Virus record (IMG/VR): IMGVR_UViG_2825118518_000002
Location: 32,001 to 96,000 of that record
From: a virus
Lineage: Duplodnaviria; Caudoviricetes
Direction: 5' to 3' (one strand)
DNA: 64,000 nt
Below the pieces are notes generated by a model. That model was not told the DNA's origin and did no database searches. It saw nothing but the letters and a program-made list of their open reading frames with translations. Below, piece after piece: positions 45,292-54,632 of the stretch. The position numbers were made by a program, and so were the translations under genes. Every line of letters starts with the position of its first letter. The stretch's first letter is position 1.

Positions 45292-46778
45292 GTGGCGAGC
45301 GCCGTGGTTTCGATCCACGCCCCGTTCAGGCTGGTTTTCACCGGCGCCGACCAGGAGAGTTCGAACACCCGATCTCGAGCGTTGCCAAGACTGCGCCATT
45401 GCGGCGATATCAGATGCTGGCCGCCGGAGCCCATGGACTGGATTACCGGATTGCCGAAGGAGGCGCCTCGGTTATCGCTCCACCGAAGGGAGAGCTTCCA
45501 TGGATCGCTGGTCATGTTGCCGCCGGTCTGCCCGACCTCGATATCGGCGACGAACTGGTTGTACTGGACGCGCTTGCCGTTGTTGACGACATGCGGGAAA
45601 GTCCGAATGCGCGGGATCGGAACAGTGCCGTCGAGATAGAAGGACTGATCGTAGACGTAGAGCGCGCCGTTCTGATAGTCGCCGACAAGCCCCTGATTAT
45701 AGGCGAAGGCGAAGCAGTTACCCCGATGCCGGGCGAGATTGCCGTTGCCGTCGATCGATGCCCGCTCATGCCATTGTCCGGTGGCGAGTTCATAGGCCCA
45801 TGTCCTATTGGCATCCGGGAAGGTCAGGACATAAAAGGCGTGGCCGTCGATCTGGTGGCAATAGCCGATCCCGTCCGAAATGACGTTGTAGCCCTGGATA
45901 TCGGCCTCGATCGCGTGGGTGGAGATGCGCTTGACGCCATAGCCATCGGAGCGAACCACGACCGCCTTTCCCTGCCGGTCCATCGCCAGCCAGAACAGAT
46001 AGATATCCTGCTGAGACAGGGAGTATGGAGCGGCACAGCCATGATCGCAGAACGCGCCCTGGATGCGGCCGAAGGTGAAATCCGCGGCTCCGGTGTTGGC
46101 CCAGATCTCCGACGTCAATTCACCGATCAGCCACAGCTCGCCATGGATCGCGGCCACCGCCACGACGTCATCGGCCGATCCGGTCTTGGCGGCGATGTCG
46201 AGCGCGTCAAACCCTGTCCCACCGATCAGCATGGCATAGGTGACGTTCGACACCGAGATATAGAATTGCGCCGTGCCGGGCCGGTTGAGGATGAAATAGG
46301 TGTCCAGATAGGTCACCCACGTCCCGCCGTAGAAGTTCGTCGCCGAGATCGTCCCGAAAGCCGACGACGACATGTCGATGGCATAGCTGGTCGCTGTCCC
46401 ATCGACGATGACGATTGCCAGGCCATTGTCGGCGAAGATCAGCGGGTTGAGGCCGATCGGAACCGTTCCGAGAGCGGTCCAACCGAAGGTATCGGAGATC
46501 GCATAGATGACCGTTCCCGATGGGCCGTTGACCGCGGCGTAGAGCTTGCCGTCGGTTGCTCGATAGGTCGCCCGCATCCGACCGATGGTCGGCGACTGCG
46601 AGACCTTGCGCAGCCCCGGCGTCGGGTAATGGGTGACCGGCACCGGCGGCGTTCCCTCGGGCGGATTCTGCTCCGGGTAGAGGTTGACGCACCGCTGGGC
46701 GGCCGCGATAAGGCTGCGGGACTGGTATGCCCCGCCGAGCAGCGGTAGCCGGGACGACCTGGTTGGCGAACTGGCCAT
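45288..46778 (-). CDS. Tail hub / DNA stabilisation protein, P22 gp10-like
   Basis: CVNLYPE, PTPGL, RISTHAIE, GHAFYVLTFP, WSDNRG. Confidence 0.9.
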   Translation of the reverse strand: MASSPTRSSRLPLLGGAYQSRSLIAAAQRCVNLYPEQNPPEGTPPVPVTHYPTPGLRKVSQSPTIGRMRATYRATDGKLYAAVNGPSGTVIYAISDTFGWTALGTVPIGLNPLIFADNGLAIVIVDGTATSYAIDMSSSAFGTISATNFYGGTWVTYLDTYFILNRPGTAQFYISVSNVTYAMLIGGTGFDALDIAAKTGSADDVVAVAAIHGELWLIGELTSEIWANTGAADFTFGRIQGAFCDHGCAAPYSLSQQDIYLFWLAMDRQGKAVVVRSDGYGVKRISTHAIEADIQGYNVISDGIGYCHQIDGHAFYVLTFPDANRTWAYELATGQWHERASIDGNGNLARHRGNCFAFAYNQGLVGDYQNGALYVYDQSFYLDGTVPIPRIRTFPHVVNNGKRVQYNQFVADIEVGQTGGNMTSDPWKLSLRWSDNRGASFGNPVIQSMGSGGQHLISPQWRSLGNARDRVFELSWSAPVKTSLNGAWIETTALAT

Positions 46779-47263
46779 TACGCGAAGTTCCGATGGCCAT
46801 ATTCGCCGTGAAGCGACAAGGAGGCGGCGTCATATGCGCGGGCCGCATCTTCCTCATGGTGGTAATACCCGAGATAGGTGCGTTTACCGTGGGCATTGAT
46901 GTATGCCACCCATAGATTGACGCGCTTGTTCAAGCAGACCCCTTTAAACCGCGAATGGTTTCCTTGCCTTGGAAGGACGTTGCATTGGTTCTGCTGCCTC
47001 GTCACGATGCGCAAATTGGTCTTTCGATTGTCGAGTGTGTCATGATTGATGTGGTCGACCACAAGCCCTTTCGGAGCGTGCATGATAACCCTATGCATCA
47101 TCAGAACCTGATGAGTGACGAGAGCTCGAGCTTGCGCATAATGGTTCTTCCCCTGCGGGCAAGCATGCCACGATCTGGCAGCGCCCATGACAATGGCGTA
47201 GTCTTCCGCATCGATGATGGCTTCGCGCCCCTTAGTGAGGGGAATTCTGATAAAATCGCTCAT
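46778..47263 (-). CDS. HNH endonuclease with AP2 domain
   Basis: MHRVIM, VDHINHDTLDNRKTNLR, AARAYD. Confidence 0.92.
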   Translation of the reverse strand: MSDFIRIPLTKGREAIIDAEDYAIVMGAARSWHACPQGKNHYAQARALVTHQVLMMHRVIMHAPKGLVVDHINHDTLDNRKTNLRIVTRQQNQCNVLPRQGNHSRFKGVCLNKRVNLWVAYINAHGKRTYLGYYHHEEDAARAYDAASLSLHGEYGHRNFA

Positions 47264-47982
47264 GGGTCGTACCGGTCGGCAAAAATATTATAGTTGCTGC
47301 CGCCCCTCACCAGATCGCGCGGCATCTGCAGCGACGGGATCTGCGCATTCGAGTTGCGGATGACGTTCAGCGCGCTCTTCGCCAGGCCGATAAGCTGCGG
47401 GTCCATCGGCATCTGGTATTTCACCTTCAGCCTGACAGCGAGGTTGACGCGCAGTGCCTCCTCATATTCCGGAGGAAGATTGACCTCGGAATTGAGGCTC
47501 GCGAATGCCGTGAGCGTGGCCTTGAGCGAGAGGTGGATCTCATACTGGTTCGAGGGCACCGGCCAGATGTAGACGTACCCCAAGGGATAGCCGGAGTCGT
47601 AGAACAGGCAGGCCGGGAAGGAATCCATGCTCTTGAGGGCGATCTGGTTGTAATCCTCGCGGGAATTGAGGATATCCAGCGGATAATCCACCTGATTGCC
47701 CGGCACGCCGACTACCTGCCGGAAGAACGCGGCTTCCACGCGATCCGGACGGGGATAGTTGAGATCGCCGCCCGATCCTATGGAATAGTTCAGCGACCCG
47801 TCTGCCTGGAAAGCCACGTCGATCAGGTGATAGACAAGCCAGCGCTGGCGCGACCATTGCGCCATCATCGCATTCAGCCGCTTCAGGCCGTCGTTGATGT
47901 CCTCGGCAAGCGCCGTCTGGCCCACGCCGATGGCGCCGGCATCCTTCAGCGCATCATTGATCAGATCGCGGGCCGTGGTCAT
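47260..47982 (-). CDS. Head-tail adaptor, P22 gp4-like
   Basis: TARDLINDAL, LNAMMAQW, NLAVRL. Confidence 0.85.
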   Translation of the reverse strand: MTTARDLINDALKDAGAIGVGQTALAEDINDGLKRLNAMMAQWSRQRWLVYHLIDVAFQADGSLNYSIGSGGDLNYPRPDRVEAAFFRQVVGVPGNQVDYPLDILNSREDYNQIALKSMDSFPACLFYDSGYPLGYVYIWPVPSNQYEIHLSLKATLTAFASLNSEVNLPPEYEEALRVNLAVRLKVKYQMPMDPQLIGLAKSALNVIRNSNAQIPSLQMPRDLVRGGSNYNIFADRYDP

Positions 47983-48215
47983 CAGTTAGCAGCCTTCGGC
48001 TTCGGGGCGCGGGTGGCTTTGGGCTTGGGAGCAGCCTTCGGCTTCGGGGCGCCCTCCCCTTCATTGTCGGCGCCGGAGCGCAGTTCCAGCTTCGGAGGCT
48101 CAGAGACGCCCCATGCCTCAAGCTGCTCACTTTCGCGATCGGCATCCCGCACGATCACCTGCTCGCCCGTCTTCGGGTGGTAGAGCATCTTCGGGTATTC
48201 CTGGAATTCTGTCAT
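47982..48215 (-). CDS. Small head-associated protein
   Basis: EYPKMLY motif, K/P/A-rich tail. Confidence 0.7.
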   Translation of the reverse strand: MTEFQEYPKMLYHPKTGEQVIVRDADRESEQLEAWGVSEPPKLELRSGADNEGEGAPKPKAAPKPKATRAPKPKAAN

Positions 48216-48409
48216 TGGTCGGTTGCCTTCGGATATCTGACGTCGGGCTGTGCCTCGCCCCAATCCGGGCCAAGAGCTTGCTCTTCCTCGATGGTATCAA
48301 CCGATCGAGAAACACCGGTCAGGCGGTTGTAGAGGAGCTTCGGGTATTCACGCGAAGGGCGGCCCGAAGACCGCCCCCCTTTGTTGAGCTTGAGGTAGAT
48401 CGTGGACAT
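48212..48409 (-). CDS. Small head-associated protein, paralog of neighbour
   Basis: EYPKLLY motif. Confidence 0.65.
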   Translation of the reverse strand: MSTIYLKLNKGGRSSGRPSREYPKLLYNRLTGVSRSVDTIEEEQALGPDWGEAQPDVRYPKATDQ

Positions 48410-49062
48410 TATCCGTCCCTTTTGCGTCTGACATAGACGCGGCTAGTCTTCCGAGGAGGACGAACCATTTTCCGTGGGTCGGTCCATCCGTAGCGGATGC
48501 GAGATCGAAGCGTGGGAATGGGAACCCCATACTTCTTCGAGGCTTCATCCACCTTCATCGGACCTGCTGGCGTGTCGATCAGCCGGCTGTCCCGCCGATT
48601 GTCGGCCTGTTCCTTCGCCGTTGCCCATGTGCAGTTTCCGGGCTCGTAGTTCCCGTTTACTTCCACACGTTCAATCGAGAGGCCGTCTTTCCACGTCGGG
48701 CCCATGTCTTCCCAGAACGCCTCGAAAGATCTCCAGCGTTCGCACACAGAGATGCCGCGGGCACCGTAAAGATAAAAGCTGTCGTTGTTCTCGTTCTCGC
48801 ACCGGGCATGCATGTAAACCCAACTACGATACGCGGGATGTCGGCTTAGACCGTGCGTCGTCTGCCTCTCTGTTTGGAGTGCCTTCGCTAAGCACCCGCA
48901 GCTTTTGGACATGCCTCTCTTGAGATCGGCCGCCCATACGCTCTTTTCAGTCCCACAATCGCAGCGGCAAAGCCAATAAGGCATCTTCCCTCTGCTCTCG
49001 TGGAAGCGGAGAACGCTCCAATTGCCGAAGCGTTCTCCAGTGATATCGACCTTGAAACCCAT
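48409..49062 (-). CDS. HNH-type homing endonuclease
   Basis: WLCRCDCG, SCGC, YGARGISVCERW, NGNYEPGNC. Confidence 0.9.
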   Translation of the reverse strand: MGFKVDITGERFGNWSVLRFHESRGKMPYWLCRCDCGTEKSVWAADLKRGMSKSCGCLAKALQTERQTTHGLSRHPAYRSWVYMHARCENENNDSFYLYGARGISVCERWRSFEAFWEDMGPTWKDGLSIERVEVNGNYEPGNCTWATAKEQADNRRDSRLIDTPAGPMKVDEASKKYGVPIPTLRSRIRYGWTDPRKMVRPPRKTSRVYVRRKRDG

Positions 49063-49122
49063 GACAAACCTCTCTATTTCTAGATCATTGTTTTATCATG
49101 GTTTTATAGCGAAAGTAAATCG

Positions 49123-50337
49123 CTATACGCGGTCAGCTACGACGACACCCCACTCACCACGCGGCCACGTCCATCCGTAGATGACGTCGAGGCGGGTGGC
49201 GAGCTGATCGGTGCCGACCACGTAGGCGGTGATCATGCGCATGGAGATGCCATCCTGCTGGCGACGTGCGGCCTCGTGGACGCCCTTCGGCAGGACGAGG
49301 TCGGCCGTGGCCATGGTGACGGCTTCCGGTGCGTAGGCGATGTTCTTGCGGTAGATCTCGCTCGGCTTGCTGGCGAGAGCGAGGGCTGCAGCGTTGGCCG
49401 GGGAATCCACCACGGTCTGGTACTGCACCGCCTGGCCGCCCGAGCTCGGCACGATGGCCGGGTAGATCGGGACAGAAGTCGCGCCGCTGGCGACGTCAGC
49501 TGTCACCACGAATTGGCGAAGCTTGCCGGTGGACTGCTTCGTCACGCGGTTGACGGCATAGACGCCGGCAATGGTGATGATGTCGCCCTTGGTCAGCGTG
49601 CCGGTGATGGCATTGACGGTCAGCGTGTTGCCGGACTGGCCGGCGCCGTTCACCGTGCCGGCCGTGAAGGTGCCGGAGGTGTGCTTGATGACGGTCTGGT
49701 CCATGTACCAATCGAACGACAGCGCGTTCTTCATGGAGCCGGTGCGGTACTGCTGGGAGACCTCCTGCGACGGATTGAAGAGACCGGAGAGCGTCGAGAC
49801 GACACGGGCTTCCGTGTATTCGTCCATGACGATCTTGCGGCCGGGCATCTGCGGCGCAGAGTTGGATTCCAGAGCGGACTTCGCCTGGAGAACCGTGTCG
49901 GCGGTGGGCGAGATGATGTTGCCCGAGCCGTCGGTGTTGGAGACGAAGTTGCAGACGTTGCCTTCGACGGACGACATGACGTTGAGAGCGACAGCGCCGG
50001 CGAGGTTGTTGATCATCGGCATCAGGACGCGCTCGGAATAGTCGTCCAATTTCATCGTGCGCTCGGCGGTGCTGAACGACACGTCAACGCCCTGCTGGGT
50101 GGAAAGCGGCAGGGAGGTGTATTTTTCGGAAGTGTCCTGCGCCTGGAGCGCCGTGCCGGTACGGACCGTGAAGTCGTTCGGCAGGCGGATGCGCAGGCTG
50201 TCGCCGATCTTGGCGCCGTCGACCGCGAACTGCGAATCGTACTGCGTGTCGATGTTCTGGATGAACATGTTGGAGTTTTTGAACAGCGACACCGCGGCGC
50301 GCGTGATCATGTCGATCGTGAGGATCGAATTTGCCAT
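49123..50337 (-). CDS. Major capsid protein, P22 coat family
   Basis: ANSILTIDMIT, KIGDSLRIRLP, RLDVIYGW. Confidence 0.93.
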   Translation of the reverse strand: MANSILTIDMITRAAVSLFKNSNMFIQNIDTQYDSQFAVDGAKIGDSLRIRLPNDFTVRTGTALQAQDTSEKYTSLPLSTQQGVDVSFSTAERTMKLDDYSERVLMPMINNLAGAVALNVMSSVEGNVCNFVSNTDGSGNIISPTADTVLQAKSALESNSAPQMPGRKIVMDEYTEARVVSTLSGLFNPSQEVSQQYRTGSMKNALSFDWYMDQTVIKHTSGTFTAGTVNGAGQSGNTLTVNAITGTLTKGDIITIAGVYAVNRVTKQSTGKLRQFVVTADVASGATSVPIYPAIVPSSGGQAVQYQTVVDSPANAAALALASKPSEIYRKNIAYAPEAVTMATADLVLPKGVHEAARRQQDGISMRMITAYVVGTDQLATRLDVIYGWTWPRGEWGVVVADRV

Positions 50338-50522
50338 GTTTCGGGTTCCTTGAAGCTATGGCCCTGTGGCCGTGCTGGGAGAGGGATCGCAGTCCTTTCG
50401 CTGCGATGTGCTTGCGGAGCCCGAGTGCCGCGTATTCCATGCTGGGCGATGCCTGGATATCGGACCAGTGACCGAAAGAGCCCCGGATTGCCTGCCGGGT
50501 CAGGTTCATGCGGTTGCGATGA

Positions 50523-51392
50523 TCAGCGCTTCAGTTTCTTCGCCATCATCGCGTGGTAGTCCCTGCTCCATGTTTCCTGATCAACGTCAGGATCATCGAT
50601 GGCAGTCGTGGTTTTCGCCGATCCTCCGACCGGCGTCACCGGCGGGGGAACCTTGGAAATTGGCTTCGGTGCGGGTGTGGCAGGCTTTGCGAGCTTGTCG
50701 CCCATTCGCGCGATCTCCAGCGCCATCTTCACCGGCGACAGAGACAGGATGCGCTCCGCCTCTGCCGGGTTGCGGCCGAGTTCGGCAAAGACCTGATGGC
50801 CGTTGTCGAGTTCGGTGATCGCATCGAGGAATTCCGGCTTGGTGTTGATCTCGTGCCCGAAGGCCGAGACCAGAGAGACGCGAGCATCGTCGAAGTCGGG
50901 GATATCGGCGACACCCTTTTCGAAGGTGGCGTTGCAGGCGGCGTTTCGCCTTGCGATCTCGGCGTTGACTGTTTCCTCGCGTCGGATGGCTTCCCGTTCC
51001 TGCCGGCGGATTTCTTCGATGGATGGCGGGGTGCCATCTGCCGGGGTTTCGGTTGGTGCTGCTCCGCCGCGAGCGCGAGCGAGTTCCGCCTCGAGTTCAC
51101 GAGCGCGCTGTTCGGCTTCCCGACGCTTGTTCGTCTCCTCGTGGATACGCTTCATTTCCCATGACAGCGGCTTTTTCTGCTGCGGCTTGGGAGTTTCGGG
51201 CTGCTGCTGTTCTTCGGCGCCGGCTGTGGCTTCGGAGCCTTGTCCTTCACCTTCGCCGCCTTCGGTGTTTTCACCTTGGCCGGCGTCTGTATTGAGTTCG
51301 TCATTGTTCAGCTCCGGTGCTGCTTCGTTACCCGGATTGGCCGCAGCTTCGCCTTCCGGCTGGCCCTGCGTGGCCGTCAGAGAGTTGTCCAT
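50523..51392 (-). CDS. Scaffolding protein
   Basis: Acidic N-terminus, coiled coil, ISKVPPPVTPVGG. Confidence 0.88.
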   Translation of the reverse strand: MDNSLTATQGQPEGEAAANPGNEAAPELNNDELNTDAGQGENTEGGEGEGQGSEATAGAEEQQQPETPKPQQKKPLSWEMKRIHEETNKRREAEQRARELEAELARARGGAAPTETPADGTPPSIEEIRRQEREAIRREETVNAEIARRNAACNATFEKGVADIPDFDDARVSLVSAFGHEINTKPEFLDAITELDNGHQVFAELGRNPAEAERILSLSPVKMALEIARMGDKLAKPATPAPKPISKVPPPVTPVGGSAKTTTAIDDPDVDQETWSRDYHAMMAKKLKR

Positions 51393-51442
51393 GTTTCACC
51401 ATGTCGAGAGCCCTGTGTGCCGCACAGGTACGGAGCCACAGA

Positions 51443-51607
51443 TTACCCGCTGTGTCGGGAACTGGTCTTGACGTCCATGCAGTGCGGCCAGCGCTCAGCG
51501 TCATAGGCGAGCTGCTGGACCTCTTCCATGCGATCGTCGATCGGCTGCGGTTGCCGCTTCTGGACGCCCATCGCGCGGGCTGTGTTGCCGATACCGGAGA
51601 AGGCCAT
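51443..51607 (-). CDS. Small hypothetical protein
   Basis: TGATG-coupled to upstream gene. Confidence 0.45.
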   Translation of the reverse strand: MAFSGIGNTARAMGVQKRQPQPIDDRMEEVQQLAYDAERWPHCMDVKTSSRHSG

Positions 51608-51927
51608 CAGCTTGCGTCCACCACGGCGCACTTCTGGCCAGGCTTTGCAGCCCAGTCGCGGGTAGCGCCCGCCGGGACGAGGTAGTGGGTTCCAGCGACC
51701 GCCGTTGGATTGGTTCCGAAAGCCACCCATACATTACCGAGCGCTGTGATGATCCAATAGTGCTGGCGGCCATCATCCGGGCAAGTGATCGAAGCCTGTG
51801 CTGACGCCGCGCTTGAAGCGACGGTCGTCGAAAGTGTCGGCTCTGCATCAGCGGACGGCATCACCGCATTGAGGCCAGAACTTGCTTTGTTGCTGACCGA
51901 TGTCAGCGCTACGCCTACGGTTGCCAT
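51607..51927 (-). CDS. Small beta-rich virion protein, possible spike base
   Basis: VWVAFGTNPTA...LVPAG motif, 106 aa. Confidence 0.55.
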   Translation of the reverse strand: MATVGVALTSVSNKASSGLNAVMPSADAEPTLSTTVASSAASAQASITCPDDGRQHYWIITALGNVWVAFGTNPTAVAGTHYLVPAGATRDWAAKPGQKCAVVDAS

Positions 51928-52206
51928 TTACTTCCCTGCCTTTCCGCAAAGGCCAGAGAGCTTCTGCGCCTGTTCCTTGGCCAATGCCTCGACGTCGCGC
52001 ATCAGGCCCCGGTCCTTCTTCAGTTCCTCGGCGCGCATCAGTGTGCGCATCGCGTCTTCGGTCTTCCACCGCTTGTCTTCGGCGGCATAGGACGGGCTGA
52101 CAGACAGGCCTTTCGAGCCAGACGACTTCGAAACCGTTTTCGCCGGAGCGGCCTTCGGAGATCCGCCGGCCTTGGCAACCGGCTTCATCGATGCTGGCTT
52201 TTTCAT
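51928..52206 (-). CDS. Basic hypothetical protein
   Basis: RBS GAGGA; WKTEDAMRTLMRAEE. Confidence 0.7.
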   Translation of the reverse strand: MKKPASMKPVAKAGGSPKAAPAKTVSKSSGSKGLSVSPSYAAEDKRWKTEDAMRTLMRAEELKKDRGLMRDVEALAKEQAQKLSGLCGKAGK

Positions 52207-52508
52207 TGAAGGGTCCTCATGGAAAGTGATGGTGTGCCGGCGCTCGACCGTTCCTGAAAGAGCGTCAGGGCATCGTAGATGGCTTCCTTCTCGTGCTCCG
52301 ACGTGCCCGGCAGCGCGAGGACGCCGGTCAGGCACTCGATCGCCACCGGGATGTGATCGGTCCAGTAGCGCCGGACGAACTGCCGCTGCGATCCGGCCTG
52401 AGCCCTGAACTGATCGGTGCGGTGCATGTCGTAGAACGCCCCGGCGATTTCCTGGGCCGTGTGCTTGATGAGCTTCGGCACTTCGCCGGCTCGGATCTGG
52501 AGAAGCAT
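52203..52508 (-). CDS. Hypothetical protein
   Basis: 101 aa after portal, coupled. Confidence 0.7.
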   Translation of the reverse strand: MLLQIRAGEVPKLIKHTAQEIAGAFYDMHRTDQFRAQAGSQRQFVRRYWTDHIPVAIECLTGVLALPGTSEHEKEAIYDALTLFQERSSAGTPSLSMRTLQ

Positions 52509-52535
52509 GGTATGGCTTGCCCTTTCTGCGCGTCG

Positions 52536-54632
52536 TCAGGCGGCGTTCGCCGGCGGCTGCATCTGCGGCGCCGGTTGCGGCTGTTGCTCGCTGGTGGGCT
52601 CCGGTGAACCGCCCTGCAGCATTTCCGCCATGAGTTGGATGAAGATCGGACGGACCTGATCTGGCGTGATCGCCGGCCCAGAATTGCCGATGGCCGAAAG
52701 CCGCTTGGTGTCGGCGTCGTATTCCTTGATCCGTATCTCGTCGGACTTGTCGTTCAGCTTCTCGTTCAAGGCCGCTATGGCGTTCTGCATCGCCTGCATC
52801 TGCTGCTGCATCTGCTGGACCTCGGGAGGAGGACCATCGCCCTTGATCGCTGCCGGGATGGTCTTTGCCCACCGCTCTGCAAGTTCATCAGCCATCGGGA
52901 AGTCGGCAGCCTTGAACATCAGGTCACCGGCCACGTTCATGAACTGCTGGTTCTGCGATGCGATCTGCGTCATCGCGTTGAACGCTTCCTGCCGACGGGT
53001 GGCATAGCCGGGGCCGACATCCGACTGGACTTCATAGCGCCCGACGGTCGGGTTGAAGATCACCGATGCCTTCTGCTCTTCCTGCTCGACCTTCTGATGG
53101 GCGTCGGGCTGGCTCGGATCGATCGTGACATCTGACTCCTCGCCATCCTTCGCCATGATCTTGATCACCCGCTTGGTATCGTAGATCTTCGGGATGAGAT
53201 CGATCAGGATCTTGCCGGTGAAGCGGATGGCGATCGCCAGGTTGTCGATGAAATGATACGTGGCCGTGTCGCCCTGGCGCTGGCGCTCATTGATCGCCTT
53301 GCCCGATGTGGCGTTCTCGTTTTGCCCGAACTGCGACTGATACTGCCCCGAGGACATCATCATCTGCTCTTGGGAGAGCTGCATGCCCTGGATATAGGCG
53401 GAGGCCATCTGTGGCGGCTGCTGGCGCTGCGGCGGGGGAATGGGCTGCCCCGTGTCTGTCAGCGCATTGTAGGGCAGCACGGCGGCGTTATCGACGTTGC
53501 TCTTTGCCCAGTAGGTCTCGAGCCCTTCAATGGCCTGCGCCGGCGCGATATACGGGCTCTTCGACTGAAGCGCGACCTGTGCGGTGCCTTCCGAAGCCCA
53601 GTAGTTATACATGCGCTGCGGGTCTTTCTGCGCCCGCGTATGGCCCTTGCGATCAAGCTTGCCCTCGATCACCGTCTCCTTGCCGATGACGCGGACGATC
53701 GGGACGTACTTCCCGAGCCATGGGCGGCTGTCGATAACCGTGCTGCCGGCGATCTTGTACCAGGTGATCTCGTCGGTCAGGATCTCGCGGCGCTGAGTAT
53801 CCTCGGCCTTCTCCACCAGTGCGAAGATGGCTTTCTGGTTATCGTCCATCTTGGACTTGCGGACGATGATCTGCTGGCCGGCTTCCTGGTAAGGCATCGG
53901 CACGATGAAGGCGAGGAGCTCGTCTTTCTTCTGCTCCTTGCGGTAATATTCGCAGATCTTGATCGTGTCTTCGGTGACCCAGGTATCGCCGGCATTCAAA
54001 GCGACGTCCGCGGCATCCTTGTGGTCTGGATACTCGGCCTCGAACTGCTTGCGCGGCACGTCCTCGAACACGAAGCCATAGCGGGCATCGGACCCATCGG
54101 CTTCGGAGATATCCTTGTCCAGATAGATCGACAGCGGGTTCTTCACCCGGCGGATGAAGATTTCCTGATCGAAGCTCTCTTCCGACACATAGTCGGTGAC
54201 GATGCGCCAGTAGCCGATGCCGCCTTCCACCTGATGCTCGGAAGCCGTGTCATAGGCCTGCTCGGCGTTGGACTGGTATTCGATGTGGCGGACAACCCCC
54301 TCGAAGACCTCGGCTGCTTCATAGGTCGCCCCATCCCCGACCGGCCGGATGTTAACACCGGGCTTGTTCTGCTTGGCGTCGTTGACGATCTGGAAGTTGT
54401 GCTGCTGCGTCTTGTTGATCGTGAGGCAGGGCTTGCCATCACGGGCGCTGACAACTGCGTCATCCCATTGCCAGCGGTTGTCGGAATCCCCATTGGCGAA
54501 CTTGGTGTCCTCGATGAACCGCTTGCGGGCGTCGGACTCCCATGTCGAGCACAACTCGGCGCGTTCCTTGGCCTCCTTGACGATCTTTTCGTCTTCGGAA
54601 AGCTTGTCGCGAGGGGCCATCACTTCATCCAT
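52536..54632 (-). CDS. Portal protein, P22-like
   Basis: PCLTINK, KDPQRMYNYW, SGKAINERQRQGD, GPGYATRRQEA. Confidence 0.94.
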   Translation of the reverse strand: MDEVMAPRDKLSEDEKIVKEAKERAELCSTWESDARKRFIEDTKFANGDSDNRWQWDDAVVSARDGKPCLTINKTQQHNFQIVNDAKQNKPGVNIRPVGDGATYEAAEVFEGVVRHIEYQSNAEQAYDTASEHQVEGGIGYWRIVTDYVSEESFDQEIFIRRVKNPLSIYLDKDISEADGSDARYGFVFEDVPRKQFEAEYPDHKDAADVALNAGDTWVTEDTIKICEYYRKEQKKDELLAFIVPMPYQEAGQQIIVRKSKMDDNQKAIFALVEKAEDTQRREILTDEITWYKIAGSTVIDSRPWLGKYVPIVRVIGKETVIEGKLDRKGHTRAQKDPQRMYNYWASEGTAQVALQSKSPYIAPAQAIEGLETYWAKSNVDNAAVLPYNALTDTGQPIPPPQRQQPPQMASAYIQGMQLSQEQMMMSSGQYQSQFGQNENATSGKAINERQRQGDTATYHFIDNLAIAIRFTGKILIDLIPKIYDTKRVIKIMAKDGEESDVTIDPSQPDAHQKVEQEEQKASVIFNPTVGRYEVQSDVGPGYATRRQEAFNAMTQIASQNQQFMNVAGDLMFKAADFPMADELAERWAKTIPAAIKGDGPPPEVQQMQQQMQAMQNAIAALNEKLNDKSDEIRIKEYDADTKRLSAIGNSGPAITPDQVRPIFIQLMAEMLQGGSPEPTSEQQPQPAPQMQPPANAA

